DNA of 54,163 bases, from sequence record SRR20825010_4462, one strand, 5' to 3'. Positions within the stretch are counted from its first letter, which is position 1. Every line of letters begins with the position of its first letter. A program made the translations under genes and the position numbers. Shown here one piece after another: positions 18,355 through 28,787 of the stretch. The notes under the pieces are model-generated. The model was not told where the DNA came from and searched no databases. It saw only the letters and a list, made by a program, of their open reading frames with translations.

Positions 18355-19056
18355 ATGAAAAAATTCATATTAGCCATAATCCTATTTCAATTTATTGGAT
18401 GTTCGGAATTACAACAGGTGGTCAATCAATTGCCCCAGGGAGGTACTCTTGGCAATGACGAAATTGCAAACGGATTAAAGGAAGCCCTTAATATGGGAAT
18501 CGACAAACAGGTAAGTAAACTAACCCAAACCGATGGTTTCTTTGGCAACGAACTGGTGAAAATTATGCTTCCCGAGGAATTACAGAAAGTAGACAAGACC
18601 CTCAGGGACATTGGCCTGTCCAGCTTAGCCGATGAAGGGCTAAAAATACTGAACCGGGCCGCAGAGGATGCAGTTGGTGAAGCTACACCTATATTTGTAA
18701 ATGCGGTCAAGGGAATGACCTTTAGCGATGCCAAAAACATTCTTTTGGGATCGGACAATGCTGCAACCATATACCTTACCAATGCCACACAAACAGAACT
18801 GTACAATAAATTTAACCCCGTAATCAAAAATTCCTTTGAAAAAGTTGGAGCAGATAAGATCTGGAACAATCTAATTACTAGATATAACAACATTCCCCTT
18901 ACCAATAATGTAAATCCGGACCTTACAGATTACGTTACCCAAGAGGCCTTGAATGGTGTATTTACCATGATTGCTCTTGAAGAAAAGGAGATTAGGAACA
19001 AGGTTTCGTCAAGAACCACGGATGTGCTGAGAAAAGTTTTTGCCCTACAGGATTAA
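18355..19056 (+). CDS. DUF4197 family lipoprotein
   Basis: Lipobox FIGC; GLKEAL..G, NRAAEDA and EE..IR motifs. Confidence 0.88.
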   Translation: MKKFILAIILFQFIGCSELQQVVNQLPQGGTLGNDEIANGLKEALNMGIDKQVSKLTQTDGFFGNELVKIMLPEELQKVDKTLRDIGLSSLADEGLKILNRAAEDAVGEATPIFVNAVKGMTFSDAKNILLGSDNAATIYLTNATQTELYNKFNPVIKNSFEKVGADKIWNNLITRYNNIPLTNNVNPDLTDYVTQEALNGVFTMIALEEKEIRNKVSSRTTDVLRKVFALQD

Positions 19057-19118
19057 AAATGAACAATTTATAGGTGTTTTACACAATAAATCCCAATACT
19101 TTACGTTACATTTAAACA

Positions 19119-19233
19119 AGCACACATTACAACCTTTAATTTGCTAGAAAAGCAATACAGATATACCGAAAGAATTTGAGTTAGTATTTTTTGAGTTAGT
19201 TAGTTTAAAACCGGTGGGAGCACCGGTTTTTTT
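19119..19233 (+). ncRNA. candidate small RNA or structured 3' UTR
   Basis: TACATTTA at 19107-19114, small hairpin 19141-19155, two TTTGAGTTAGT copies, strong terminator 19207-19233. Confidence 0.35.
19207..19233 (+). terminator. intrinsic terminator (possibly bidirectional)
   Basis: AAAACCGGTG-GGAG-CACCGGTTTT followed by TTT. Confidence 0.85.
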
Positions 19234-19327
19234 ATTGGTGCATCAGATTGTTTGTGCCCAACATTCAATTGGATTCAATGATAATTTAGGATCTAATTTG
19301 AGTTATTTCCCTTTAAAAAGTCTAAAA

Positions 19328-20107
19328 TTATTTTACCAAAAGATATTCTATTACGGTATCATTAAAAAACTGTGGCTGCTCTACGTTTACTACATGCCCA
19401 CAGTTCTGGACTACTATAAGTTCGGCACTTTTATGATCCAACACAATTTGCTGAATCGTGGGCAAGAACAAATAGTCCTCTGCTCCCATTACGTAAAGAG
19501 TAGGGATTCTTATATCTACAGTTCTAAAAAAACGAAGTAGTGGATTGATCTCCGATGTTAACTTAAACCAACGAATGAATTCCTTTTGGTATAATTTTTT
19601 GGCCTCCCGAACAAAAAGTAATCGTGATTCCTTATGGTTCTTATTGGGCATTATTACAAAGGCAAAAAATTTGTACAGCCATAAATAAGGGACTATAGAT
19701 TTTAAAATAACGCCAAGCCTCATCAATATTTGGGACCTAAGGTTCAATTTCATAATAGCCCCTCCCATAATCATACTTTCTACCCGATGGGGATGTTTCT
19801 CTGCCAAATTTCGAATTAGAATTGTGCCCAGGGAAATTCCAATAAAATGGGATTTTTCAATCTTTTCAAAATTGATCACCTCCAATATATCCTCAGTTAT
19901 ATTATCAAAAGTATACTTATTCTTAAAGGCATCCTTTAGATGTATCTTAGAGTTCCCATGACCCCTTAGATCCAAGAGAAGTACATTAAAATGCTTTTTA
20001 AATTCCCTAAGCTGCTTGTACCAAATAGTGGAGCTGCCTCCTGCACCATGTACAAAAGTCACCCATGTGTTAGAGGTATTATGGCTATGTATATTATAAC
20101 TTATCAA
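19328..20107 (-). CDS. alpha/beta hydrolase
   Basis: HGAGG, DLRGHG, GISLG (Ser nucleophile), GAED and GHVVNVE motifs. Confidence 0.9.
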   Translation of the reverse strand: MISYNIHSHNTSNTWVTFVHGAGGSSTIWYKQLREFKKHFNVLLLDLRGHGNSKIHLKDAFKNKYTFDNITEDILEVINFEKIEKSHFIGISLGTILIRNLAEKHPHRVESMIMGGAIMKLNLRSQILMRLGVILKSIVPYLWLYKFFAFVIMPNKNHKESRLLFVREAKKLYQKEFIRWFKLTSEINPLLRFFRTVDIRIPTLYVMGAEDYLFLPTIQQIVLDHKSAELIVVQNCGHVVNVEQPQFFNDTVIEYLLVK

Positions 20108-20294
20108 TATTCATTTTTTATAAATGTAGTGTTAATTCCAATACACTTGAAGGGGATTAAAAAAATCAAAATGTACTTTCCTCTATTAAAACAAGGTTAA
20201 ATAATAGACAAATTACCTGATTATTAGACAAATGCACTTTCAGACACCCCCATTTAAACCATGATTCCAGCTATATTTGTAAGAAAAAAATTAT

Positions 20295-20492
20295 ATGGAA
20301 AATCAATATTGCAAAGTTGGCTCGGTTACCCCGTTGACCAACGGTTCAAAAGAATTAAGCTTCTTGGAATACCAATATAAAAGTTTCATGGACAAGGCAA
20401 CCAGTAAAAAACACTCCGATTCAAAACTTGCCGAATTTTTTGAATTGAAAGCTGCAAAAATCCAAAAAATCATTCAAACCCTGACAAATTAA
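20295..20492 (+). CDS. small helical hypothetical protein (65 aa); C-terminal half reminiscent of the Lacal_2735 family
   Basis: A-rich start context, TATATTTG at 20272-20279, LE.QYK..M.KA......D..LA.F...KA pattern. Confidence 0.65.
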   Translation: MENQYCKVGSVTPLTNGSKELSFLEYQYKSFMDKATSKKHSDSKLAEFFELKAAKIQKIIQTLTN

Positions 20493-20496
20493 GAAC

Positions 20497-21315
20497 TTAG
20501 CGTTTTTTAAGTTCCAAACTCATTTCCTGCTGTAATTCTTTTGCTTTTTCGGCAGAAGCTTGGGCAAAATTTTCTTTATCCGAGGCATAAATAATTCCCC
20601 TGGAGGAGTTTACCAAAAGACCTACATTATCACTCATTCCATATTTGCACACCTCAGATAAACTACCACCTTGTGCCCCTACTCCCGGAACAAGAAGAAA
20701 ACTATCTGGAATAATATTTCTTATTTCCGTCAAAAAAGTCGCTTTGGTAGCTCCTACAACGTACATTAAATTTTCCGAATTTTCATAGGTCTTGGAAATC
20801 TCCAGCACCTGTTTGTACAACTCCTTTCCATCTACCATTTTTGTTTGAAAATCGAACGCCCCCACATTGGAAGTCAATGCCAATAATATGGTATGCTTAT
20901 CCTTGAAAGCCAAAAATGGCTCCACGGAATCCCTTCCCATATAAGGTGCAATGGTCACAGAATCGAATCCTAAATCCTCAAAAAAGGCCTTGGCATAGCG
21001 GGTGGAGGTATTACCAATATCCCCGCGTTTGGCATCTGCAATAGTAAATATTTCAGGATAATTGATATTTAAGTAGTTGATGGTTTTTTCCAAAGCCTGC
21101 CATCCTTTTATCCCATAAGCTTCATAAAAGGCGGTATTGGGCTTGTAGGCAACACATAAATGGTGTGTAGCATCAATTATAGCCTTGTTAAAAGCAAAAA
21201 TAGGATCTTCCTCCTGCAATAAGTGCTTTGGAACCTTATCCAAGTCCGTATCCAACCCTATACAAAGAAAGGATTCCTTTTTTCGAATCTGTCCAACTAA
21301 AAAATCAGTGGTCAT
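20497..21315 (-). CDS. pyrF: orotidine-5'-phosphate decarboxylase (subfamily 2)
   Basis: [31 protein letters not shown] and NSSRGI motifs. Confidence 0.96.
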   Translation of the reverse strand: MTTDFLVGQIRKKESFLCIGLDTDLDKVPKHLLQEEDPIFAFNKAIIDATHHLCVAYKPNTAFYEAYGIKGWQALEKTINYLNINYPEIFTIADAKRGDIGNTSTRYAKAFFEDLGFDSVTIAPYMGRDSVEPFLAFKDKHTILLALTSNVGAFDFQTKMVDGKELYKQVLEISKTYENSENLMYVVGATKATFLTEIRNIIPDSFLLVPGVGAQGGSLSEVCKYGMSDNVGLLVNSSRGIIYASDKENFAQASAEKAKELQQEMSLELKKR

Positions 21316-21320
21316 AGGAA

Positions 21321-22397
21321 TTAAAATATCTCAGAGGCTTCCTTTAATTTCTCTGTATTCTCGACTAGACTTAATTCGTCTATGATACGTTGAATATCGC
21401 CATTAATAATGTTTTGAAGGTCGTAAAGCGTTAATCCGATCCTATGATCGGTTACCCTTCCCTGTGGGTAATTATAGGTTCTAATTTTAGCTGAACGGTC
21501 ACCACTACTTACCTGGGAATTTCTCTTGGCAGCATCCTCTTCCTGTTTTTTTGCCAATTCCATATCGTACAATCGTGAGCGTAATACCCTAAATGCCTTT
21601 TCCTTATTTTTATGCTGTGATTTCTGATCTTGACATTGGGCCACCAAACCTGTTGGAAGGTGGGTTAAACGTACGGCGGAATAGGTGGTGTTTACGGATT
21701 GACCTCCTGGTCCCGAGGAACAGAAAAAATCTATCCGCACGTCCTTGGGATCTATCTGCACATCAAAATCCTCTGCCTCGGGAAGAACCATTACAGTTGC
21801 GGCACTGGTATGCACCCTTCCTTGGGTTTCGGTCTGTGGAACGCGCTGCACCCGATGCACCCCGGCTTCAAACTTAAGGGTACCATACACATCCTCGCCC
21901 GTAACCTCGAACTGAATTTCCTTATAGCCCCCACTTGTACCTTCGCTTAGGTCAATAACATTCGTCTTCCATCCTTTGGACTCGCAATATTTGGTATACA
22001 TTCTAAAAAGATCGCCTGCAAAAATACTGGCCTCGTCCCCTCCGGTACCTGCCCTTACCTCTACCACTACGTTTTTAGAGTCTTCCGGATCCTTAGGAAT
22101 CAACATCAATTTAATCTCCTCCTCCAATTTGGGCAATTTTCCCTTGGCCTCCTCCAATTGCATTTTGGCCATATCCACCATTTCAGGATCACTGCCATCG
22201 GACAGTATCTCTTCTGCCTCGGATATATTATTAGTAAGTTCCAAATAAAGATCCCTCTTATCCACAAGTTGCTTTAAATCCTTATATTCCTTGTTTAGTG
22301 CCACATAACGCTTCTGATCAGCAATAATACCAGGCTGGATTATAAGGTCCGAAACCTCATCAAAACGTTGCTTTACTATGTTTAATTTATCTATCAT
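21321..22397 (-). CDS. prfA: peptide chain release factor 1
   Basis: GGQ motif, PQT tripeptide (VPQTE), IRTYN; ATG at 22397. Confidence 0.96.
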   Translation of the reverse strand: MIDKLNIVKQRFDEVSDLIIQPGIIADQKRYVALNKEYKDLKQLVDKRDLYLELTNNISEAEEILSDGSDPEMVDMAKMQLEEAKGKLPKLEEEIKLMLIPKDPEDSKNVVVEVRAGTGGDEASIFAGDLFRMYTKYCESKGWKTNVIDLSEGTSGGYKEIQFEVTGEDVYGTLKFEAGVHRVQRVPQTETQGRVHTSAATVMVLPEAEDFDVQIDPKDVRIDFFCSSGPGGQSVNTTYSAVRLTHLPTGLVAQCQDQKSQHKNKEKAFRVLRSRLYDMELAKKQEEDAAKRNSQVSSGDRSAKIRTYNYPQGRVTDHRIGLTLYDLQNIINGDIQRIIDELSLVENTEKLKEASEIF

Positions 22398-22464
22398 ATA
22401 CAATCTACACTTGGACTGCGAATTTACGATAATTTTGTACATTTAAGCATATCCTATTCAATAG

Positions 22465-22788
22465 ATGAATTCAATTTTCAATTTCAGAACCTATCAATTG
22501 AGTTTTCACTTCGCCAAGCCCTATCTTTGGATATCCTTTCTAATTACCGTTTTTATGCTATTTAGCGGGAGTGTTATTTTTAAGATTTCCCACATGAATG
22601 CCATGATCCTGAGTTCCAAGATATTGTTCTATCTAGGGGTCTTCCTTTTTTATTTTGACATAGCATTGCGAAAACGTTTAACGTTTTATCAAAATTTCGG
22701 CTTGTCCAAAACAGTTCTTATCTTAATTTCATTCCTCCTAGACACCCTCATAACTGTATTATTCATTAAGTTCATCCGTTTATTTTGA
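22465..22788 (+). CDS. small three-TM membrane protein
   Basis: Hydrophobic helices, FYQNFGLSK..L motif; stop overlaps the start of the ABC ATPase. Confidence 0.7.
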   Translation: MNSIFNFRTYQLSFHFAKPYLWISFLITVFMLFSGSVIFKISHMNAMILSSKILFYLGVFLFYFDIALRKRLTFYQNFGLSKTVLILISFLLDTLITVLFIKFIRLF

Positions 22789-23432
22789 CTTTGGAAATAG
22801 ACAGTGTTGAGTTGGAGTTTGATGGAAGAAAGGTCCTGTACGGAATTTACATTAAGTCGGAACGCGGAAAGGTTACCGGAATCCTTGGAAGAAATGGCAG
22901 TGGAAAAACTTCCTTGTTGAGAATTATATTTGGAGATCTACAACCCAAATACAAGAATATCCGCAACAATGGAAAGTGCCTTCCGAGACCCTTGTACTTA
23001 ACAGGAAAAATAGGTTACCTACCCCAATATGCCCTTTTGCCAAAGCATTTAAGTATTAGCCATGCCTTTGGACTCTTCAATGTTTCATGGAAGCAATTCA
23101 TTAATCTTTTCCAAAGTTTTAAAGAGTACGACAGGGCGAGGATAAAAGATTTGTCCAGCGGTGAAATTAGGGTTATCGAAGCTTACTTGGTGCTCATGTC
23201 CAACAAGGAAATTATACTTCTGGACGAACCGTTTTCATTCATTGCACCAATATATGTGGAGAAATTCATGGTCCTTATCCGCCAGGTAAAGAAAAGGAGT
23301 ATTATAATCCTGACCGATCATTTTTACAATGATATTTTAGCTGTAAGCGATACGATCTATCTTCTTAAAAATGGGTGTTCCAAAAAAATAGAGGACAAGA
23401 ACGAACTCAAGAGGGAAGGATATATTAATTAG
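22785..23432 (+). CDS. ABC transporter ATP-binding protein
   Basis: Walker A GRNGSGKT, Q-loop YLPQ, signature LSSGE, Walker B ILLDEP, H-loop TDH. Confidence 0.92.
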   Translation: MTLEIDSVELEFDGRKVLYGIYIKSERGKVTGILGRNGSGKTSLLRIIFGDLQPKYKNIRNNGKCLPRPLYLTGKIGYLPQYALLPKHLSISHAFGLFNVSWKQFINLFQSFKEYDRARIKDLSSGEIRVIEAYLVLMSNKEIILLDEPFSFIAPIYVEKFMVLIRQVKKRSIIILTDHFYNDILAVSDTIYLLKNGCSKKIEDKNELKREGYIN

Positions 23433-23435
23433 GAC

Positions 23436-24422
23436 TCAATTGAATAAAATTCCGCTGCTTTTGTGCATTTTGTTATTACCGTCCACAATAATGGCCTCGG
23501 TTCCCTTTAATTGGTTTATGAGTGCCATTCCCGAATCAACTCCCAGTACAAAAATAGCCGTTGCCAGGGCATCAGACAATTCAGCGGTTTTGGAAAATAC
23601 CGATACACTATTTATTCCCGAAATAGGGTTTCCGGTCCGGGGATCAAGTATGTGCGAATATTTCCTGCCTTCAAAAGTGATGTATTTATCGTAACTCTCG
23701 GAAGTAGCAACAGATGACTCCAGAACTGGCAGCCACGAAAATATTTTGTCCTTGCTAAGTGGATTTGCAATTCCGATCAACCACTTTTCCCCTGTAGCCT
23801 TGGTACCCCATGTAGTTAGGTCACCGGAAGCATTTATAACTCCTGCGCGAACCTGCTTCCCCACCAATAATTCTTTCGCCATATCGGCAGCATAGCCCTT
23901 TGCTATTGCTCCTAGACTTATTTTCATCCCTTTCAATTGAAGGAAGACCGTATGATCTACTTCATCCAGGATAATTTTTTTATACCCCACCTTGCTTACA
24001 TATTGTATAATTTCATCCTTGGTAGGCTTATATTTCATGGTGCCATCAAACTTCCAGATCTTATCCAATCCGGCATATGTAATATCAAATGCACCATTGG
24101 TAATTTCCGAAATCTGATTTGCTCTTTCAATTAGCTTGAACAGCTCTACACTCACCTTCACCGGTTTTATTCCGGCATTTTTATTGATTTTTGAAGTTTC
24201 CGATTCCTCATCCCATGAAGATATCAGTTTTTCTATCCTTTTTATTTCAGAAACAGCCTCTTCAATATTTATATAGCCTATTTCCTCATTATCGGCCACT
24301 ACGGTAATATCAAATTTATCGCCCATTAAGTTCACCGATCGCTGAACGGTAACATACTTAAGCTCTTGGCCATGACCCACTAGGACCATAAAACCTATTA
24401 AAAGAGAAAATAAAACCCTCAC
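23436..24422 (-). CDS. apbE: FAD:protein FMN transferase ApbE
   Basis: GAFDIT, LGAIAKGYAAD, N.SGD, ATS, HILDPRTG and DALATA motifs; GTG start. Confidence 0.93.
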   Translation of the reverse strand: MRVLFSLLIGFMVLVGHGQELKYVTVQRSVNLMGDKFDITVVADNEEIGYINIEEAVSEIKRIEKLISSWDEESETSKINKNAGIKPVKVSVELFKLIERANQISEITNGAFDITYAGLDKIWKFDGTMKYKPTKDEIIQYVSKVGYKKIILDEVDHTVFLQLKGMKISLGAIAKGYAADMAKELLVGKQVRAGVINASGDLTTWGTKATGEKWLIGIANPLSKDKIFSWLPVLESSVATSESYDKYITFEGRKYSHILDPRTGNPISGINSVSVFSKTAELSDALATAIFVLGVDSGMALINQLKGTEAIIVDGNNKMHKSSGILFN

Positions 24423-24675
24423 CCTAGCACAAAATTAAAAATGGAACTTTTTTTCTTTTTGTCTAGGATTAGTTTATGGTCATTGTAGAGTCTAGATCCA
24501 CTCAATATAATCCAAAAAACATTAATCGTAACGGCCTTACTTAACACGCGAATTGTGAACGACTTCCTAGTGCAAACAGATAGCACAGAAAATGGCCATA
24601 AGACAAAAATTAAGAGTCCAAACAATGATTTTAAGGAAAATCCCATGTAAGCAAGTAGGTTAAAAACAGTTTTGG

Positions 24676-25119
24676 TTATTCAAAAACACGAAGGATCTGC
24701 CCGTCTAACTCCGTTTTAAATATTTTAAGGGGTTTTGAGACATCATTACCAATTTGATTTAAAGGGGTACCGGTCTGACTAAAGGTGGAACCATGGGTGG
24801 AACACCTGAAATAGCCGCCATTATCCGTTTTAAAACTTATCCCATCGGTCTGTTGATGACTACAGATTTGGCTTGCTGCAACAAAATTACCCTCAAGGTT
24901 TTTTACAACGACCACATAATCCTTGATTATGAAATCGCCATTGTTCTGCAATTTGACACCTTCTGCCGAACTTAAATCAATGGTAAAATCCACCCCCGTT
25001 GGTACGGGTTTGGGATCTATAACTTCATCGCTATCCGATGAACAACCATGTAAGCAGGGAAAAGTAAGGGCAAATGCCGCTCCGGTACCTAAGGTCCTTA
25101 AAAACTGCTTTCTTTCCAT
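24676..25119 (-). CDS. Rieske [2Fe-2S] domain lipoprotein with Tat-like signal
   Basis: MERKQFL N-terminus, LHGC lipobox, CSH and CSTHG ligand motifs. Confidence 0.85.
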   Translation of the reverse strand: MERKQFLRTLGTGAAFALTFPCLHGCSSDSDEVIDPKPVPTGVDFTIDLSSAEGVKLQNNGDFIIKDYVVVVKNLEGNFVAASQICSHQQTDGISFKTDNGGYFRCSTHGSTFSQTGTPLNQIGNDVSKPLKIFKTELDGQILRVFE

Positions 25120-25168
25120 AACGTAATTTCTTTATAAAACAACGTAGGAAAAAGGGTATTCGTATACC

Positions 25169-26347
25169 TTAATACACAAAGGTTCCAAACTCGCTTTTAA
25201 TTGTGAGCTTTTTAACAGAATTATCTTCTACTCTACCTACAATTTGGGCCGAAACCCCAAAACTTTCCGAAATAGCAATAAGGTCATTGGCAATAGCAGG
25301 ATTTACGTATAATTCCAATCTATGTCCACAATTAAAAACTTGGTACATTTCCTTCCAGTCGGTCCCTGATTGTTCTTGAATTAATTTGAACAAAGGAGGA
25401 ACGGGAAATAGGTTATCCTTAACAATATGGAGATTGTCTACAAAATGAAGAATTTTGGTCTGTGCGCCACCACTACAGTGCACCATTCCATGGATATCGG
25501 TGGCAGTGTATTTGTCCAGAATTTTTTTAACAATAGGGGCATAGGTCCGGGTTGGGGACAATACCAATTTTCCCGCATTCAAGGGGGAGTCAGGAACTTC
25601 ATCGGTCAACTTTACATTACCGGAATACACCAAGTCTTCAGGAACAGCGGCATCGTAGCTTTCAGGATATTTTTCTGCCAAGTATTTGGCAAAAACGTCA
25701 TGTCTGGCAGAGGTAAGTCCGTTACTCCCCATACCGCCATTATATTCCTTTTCGTAGCTAGCCTGTCCAGAAGAAGATAAGCCAACTATTACATCTCCAT
25801 CTTCTATATTGGCATTGTTGATCACGCCACTCCTTTTTAATCTTGCCGTTACGGTGGAATCCACGATAATGGTACGTACCAAATCCCCTACATCTGCAGT
25901 TTCCCCTCCGGTTGACCTTATCGTAATTCCGTGTTTTTCCAAATCCTCGATCAACTCTTCCGTACCATTGATTATGGCAGATATGACCTCTCCCGGAATT
26001 AAATTCTTGTTTCTCCCAATGGTAGAGGACAACATAATATTGTCCGTAGCCCCAACGCAAATAAGATCGTCCACATTCATGATCAGGGCATCCTGTGCTA
26101 TTCCTTTCCACACAGAAATATCACCTGTCTCTTTCCAATACATATAGGCCAAGGAGGATTTAGTTCCGGCACCATCAGCGTGCATCACCAAACAGTACTC
26201 CTCATCATTGGTAAGATAATCGGGAACAATTTTACAAAAGGCCTTGGGAAACAATCCCTTATCAATATTTTTTATGGCATTGTGCACGTCTTCCTTGGAA
26301 GCAGAAACCCCTCTTTGATCGTATCGTTTGCTGTTGGATGAGCTCAT
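25169..26347 (-). CDS. purM: phosphoribosylaminoimidazole (AIR) synthetase, Bacteroidota type
   Basis: Y..RGVSA.KEDVH, HADGAGTK, GGETAD, SNG and FN.G motifs. Confidence 0.88.
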   Translation of the reverse strand: MSSSNSKRYDQRGVSASKEDVHNAIKNIDKGLFPKAFCKIVPDYLTNDEEYCLVMHADGAGTKSSLAYMYWKETGDISVWKGIAQDALIMNVDDLICVGATDNIMLSSTIGRNKNLIPGEVISAIINGTEELIEDLEKHGITIRSTGGETADVGDLVRTIIVDSTVTARLKRSGVINNANIEDGDVIVGLSSSGQASYEKEYNGGMGSNGLTSARHDVFAKYLAEKYPESYDAAVPEDLVYSGNVKLTDEVPDSPLNAGKLVLSPTRTYAPIVKKILDKYTATDIHGMVHCSGGAQTKILHFVDNLHIVKDNLFPVPPLFKLIQEQSGTDWKEMYQVFNCGHRLELYVNPAIANDLIAISESFGVSAQIVGRVEDNSVKKLTIKSEFGTFVY

Positions 26348-26382
26348 GAATAAAAGTTTGAGACAAAAATAGGAGAATCCAT

Positions 26383-26411
26383 AAAAAAAAGCCCACTAAT
26401 TGCGGGCTTTT
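26383..26411 (-). terminator. intrinsic terminator of the GSIII gene
   Basis: Minus strand AAAAGCCCGC-AATTA-GTGGGCTTTTTTTT. Confidence 0.75.
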
Positions 26412-26437
26412 AATACAATAATTTATAAATGTCCAAA

Positions 26438-28624
26438 TTATTTAATAAACAAAAGTTCCCGATATTTGGTTAGAGGCCAATATTCATCACCAATCAATTG
26501 TTCCAATTTATCACAATGGTAACGTATTTCATCAAAATAAGGCCGAACATTATCACAATAGGCAAAGGCTTTCTTGTTAATATCGGACATATTGTTGGCT
26601 TTCTTTCTTTCATCCACCATAGCATCGGTCTTGATTTTAATAGCGCGGATATGCTCGGAAATACGCTCGACAATATCCAACTGACTTTCAGACATTTTCT
26701 TGTGGGCGGCACCGTAAATTTCTTTTAACCCTACCACATTTTTTATCAATTTATTCTGATACTCCACTGCTGCGGGAATAATATAACTGTAAGCAAGCTC
26801 ATTAAAGACCCTACCTTCAATTTGAATATGAAGAATATACTCCTCCAATTCCACCTCTTGCCGAACCCTTACCTCAATTTCGCTCATGACATTCATGGAC
26901 TTGAACAATGCCAAACTTTCCTTGGAGGTAAGCACCTGCAATGCTTTTGGAGTGTTCTTGTTATTGCTCAAGCCCCTGGATTTGGCCTCATTTTCCCAAA
27001 CCTCGCTGTAACCATCGCCCTCGAACCTGATTCTTTTGGAGGTTTTTATATATTCCCTAAGGACATTAAAAATTGCCTCATCCTTTTTAAGACCCTTTTT
27101 ATCCACCAGTTGATCTACTTCCTTTTTAAAGGCCATTAGTTGCTTTGCCACAATGGTATTAAGTACCGTCATAGGCTTGGCACAATTGGTTTTGGAGCCT
27201 ACGCCCCGCATCTCGAACTTGTTTCCGGTAAATGCAAAAGGCGAGGTACGGTTACGATCGGTATTGTCCAGAAGAATTTCCGGAATCTTACCTACCACGT
27301 TCAACTTTAATTCGGTCTTTTCCTCAGGGGACAATTTCCCTTTGGTGACCCCTTCCAATTCATTTAAAACCTCATTCAGTTGTTCCCCTATAAATATCGA
27401 CAAGATAGCTGGAGGCGCCTCATTGGCACCCAATCTATGGTCATTTCCTGCAGAAGCAATAGAAGAACGCAATAGTTCCTCATAATTATCCACAGCCTTT
27501 ATAGTGTTCACGAAAAAAGTTAAAAACTGAAGGTTTTTCATGGGAGTGGACCCAGGACTAAGCAAATTGACACCGGTATCCGTGGACAAAGACCAATTGT
27601 TATGCTTGCCAGAACCATTTATACCCCTGAAAGGTTTTTCATGAAAGAGCACCTTAAAAAAATGCTTGTCGGCAATCTTGTCCATAACATCCATGAGCAA
27701 CAGATTGTGATCTACGGCCAAATTGGTTTCTTCAAAGATTGGTGCCAACTCAAATTGATTGGGGGCAACTTCATTGTGTCTAGTTTTTACCGGAATCCCC
27801 AATTTGGTACATTCCCTTTCCAGATCTTTCATGAAATTTAAAACGCGATTTGGAATAACCCCAAAGTAGTGATCGTCCAATTGTTGGCCTTTTGCAGCAC
27901 TTTGACCCACTAAAGTACGGCCTGCCAAACTGATATCGGGTCGCGAAAAAGCCAAGGACTTGTCTATTAAGAAATACTCCTGTTCCCAGCCCAAGGTGGC
28001 GTATACTTTGCTAACATTTTTATCAAAAAATTTGGCTACCGCTGTCGCGGCCTCATCCATGGCATTCAATGCCCTTAAAAGCGGAGCCTTGTTATCCAAG
28101 GCTTCCCCGGTATAGGCTACAAAAACTGTTGGTATACACAGGGTGGTGCCGTAAAGAAATGCTGGAGACGTTGGATCCCAGGCAGTGTAGCCCCTAGCCT
28201 CAAAAGTATTGCGTATCCCCCCGTTTGGAAAACTGGAGGCATCCGACTCCTGCTGTACCAACTGGCCTCCACCGAACTTTTCCATCACCCTTCCTTCGGG
28301 CGAAAAATCAAAGAAAGCATCATGTTTCTCAGCTGTAGTTCCAGTAAGCGGTTGAAACCAATGGGTATAATGTGTTGCCCCCATGGATATTGCCCAGGTC
28401 TTCATCCCTTCCGCTACCTGATCGGCAACTTTTCTATCTATTTTTACTCCGGACACAACGGCTGCCTTCACCCTATCATAAGCATCCTTGGTCAAATACT
28501 GCAGCATCCGTTCCTCATTGAACACATTCATCCCAAAATATTCCGAACGCCTACCGGTTTCTTCCACATTTATTTCGCTCCTGGTATGACTGCTTGCTAT
28601 GGCCTTAAATCTTTGATTTGACAT
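26438..28624 (-). CDS. glnN: glutamine synthetase type III
   Basis: HYTHWFQPLTG.TAEKHD, DASSFPNGG.R.TFEARGYTAWD, HNEVAP.Q.E and NGSGKHNNWS motifs; ATG at 28624; 728 aa. Confidence 0.95.
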   Translation of the reverse strand: MSNQRFKAIASSHTRSEINVEETGRRSEYFGMNVFNEERMLQYLTKDAYDRVKAAVVSGVKIDRKVADQVAEGMKTWAISMGATHYTHWFQPLTGTTAEKHDAFFDFSPEGRVMEKFGGGQLVQQESDASSFPNGGIRNTFEARGYTAWDPTSPAFLYGTTLCIPTVFVAYTGEALDNKAPLLRALNAMDEAATAVAKFFDKNVSKVYATLGWEQEYFLIDKSLAFSRPDISLAGRTLVGQSAAKGQQLDDHYFGVIPNRVLNFMKDLERECTKLGIPVKTRHNEVAPNQFELAPIFEETNLAVDHNLLLMDVMDKIADKHFFKVLFHEKPFRGINGSGKHNNWSLSTDTGVNLLSPGSTPMKNLQFLTFFVNTIKAVDNYEELLRSSIASAGNDHRLGANEAPPAILSIFIGEQLNEVLNELEGVTKGKLSPEEKTELKLNVVGKIPEILLDNTDRNRTSPFAFTGNKFEMRGVGSKTNCAKPMTVLNTIVAKQLMAFKKEVDQLVDKKGLKKDEAIFNVLREYIKTSKRIRFEGDGYSEVWENEAKSRGLSNNKNTPKALQVLTSKESLALFKSMNVMSEIEVRVRQEVELEEYILHIQIEGRVFNELAYSYIIPAAVEYQNKLIKNVVGLKEIYGAAHKKMSESQLDIVERISEHIRAIKIKTDAMVDERKKANNMSDINKKAFAYCDNVRPYFDEIRYHCDKLEQLIGDEYWPLTKYRELLFIK

Positions 28625-28639
28625 AAATTCATTTTTTGA

Positions 28640-28787
28640 CAAAAATAACAATTCATTAAAATAATCCACGTAAAATACATATTTAATAATATACCCCCAA
28701 AAAAATAGGGGTCTCCAAAAAAATATCAACATTATTGTCATTTAACCCACTAAAAAATGGCATATATGGTGAAAATTATTATTTTTG
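28640..28787. promoter_or_regulatory. divergent GSIII/GSII promoter region with a TACCC-N11-GGGG box and a second degenerate box
   Basis: Minus-strand TATTTTTG 28640-28647; ACGTAAAAT 28668-28676; box 28692-28711; degenerate box from 28744; plus-strand TATTTTTG 28780-28787. Confidence 0.7.

Noticed and set aside
24419-24646. 75-aa ORF between the Rieske gene and apbE
   Set aside because: No recognisable family, and it runs over the apbE promoter (TAATTTTG 24430-24437); not excluded but unsupported.
28625-28741. 39-aa N-terminal extension of GSIII
   Set aside because: It covers the divergent promoter and operator; the -7 element at 28640-28647 supports ATG 28624.
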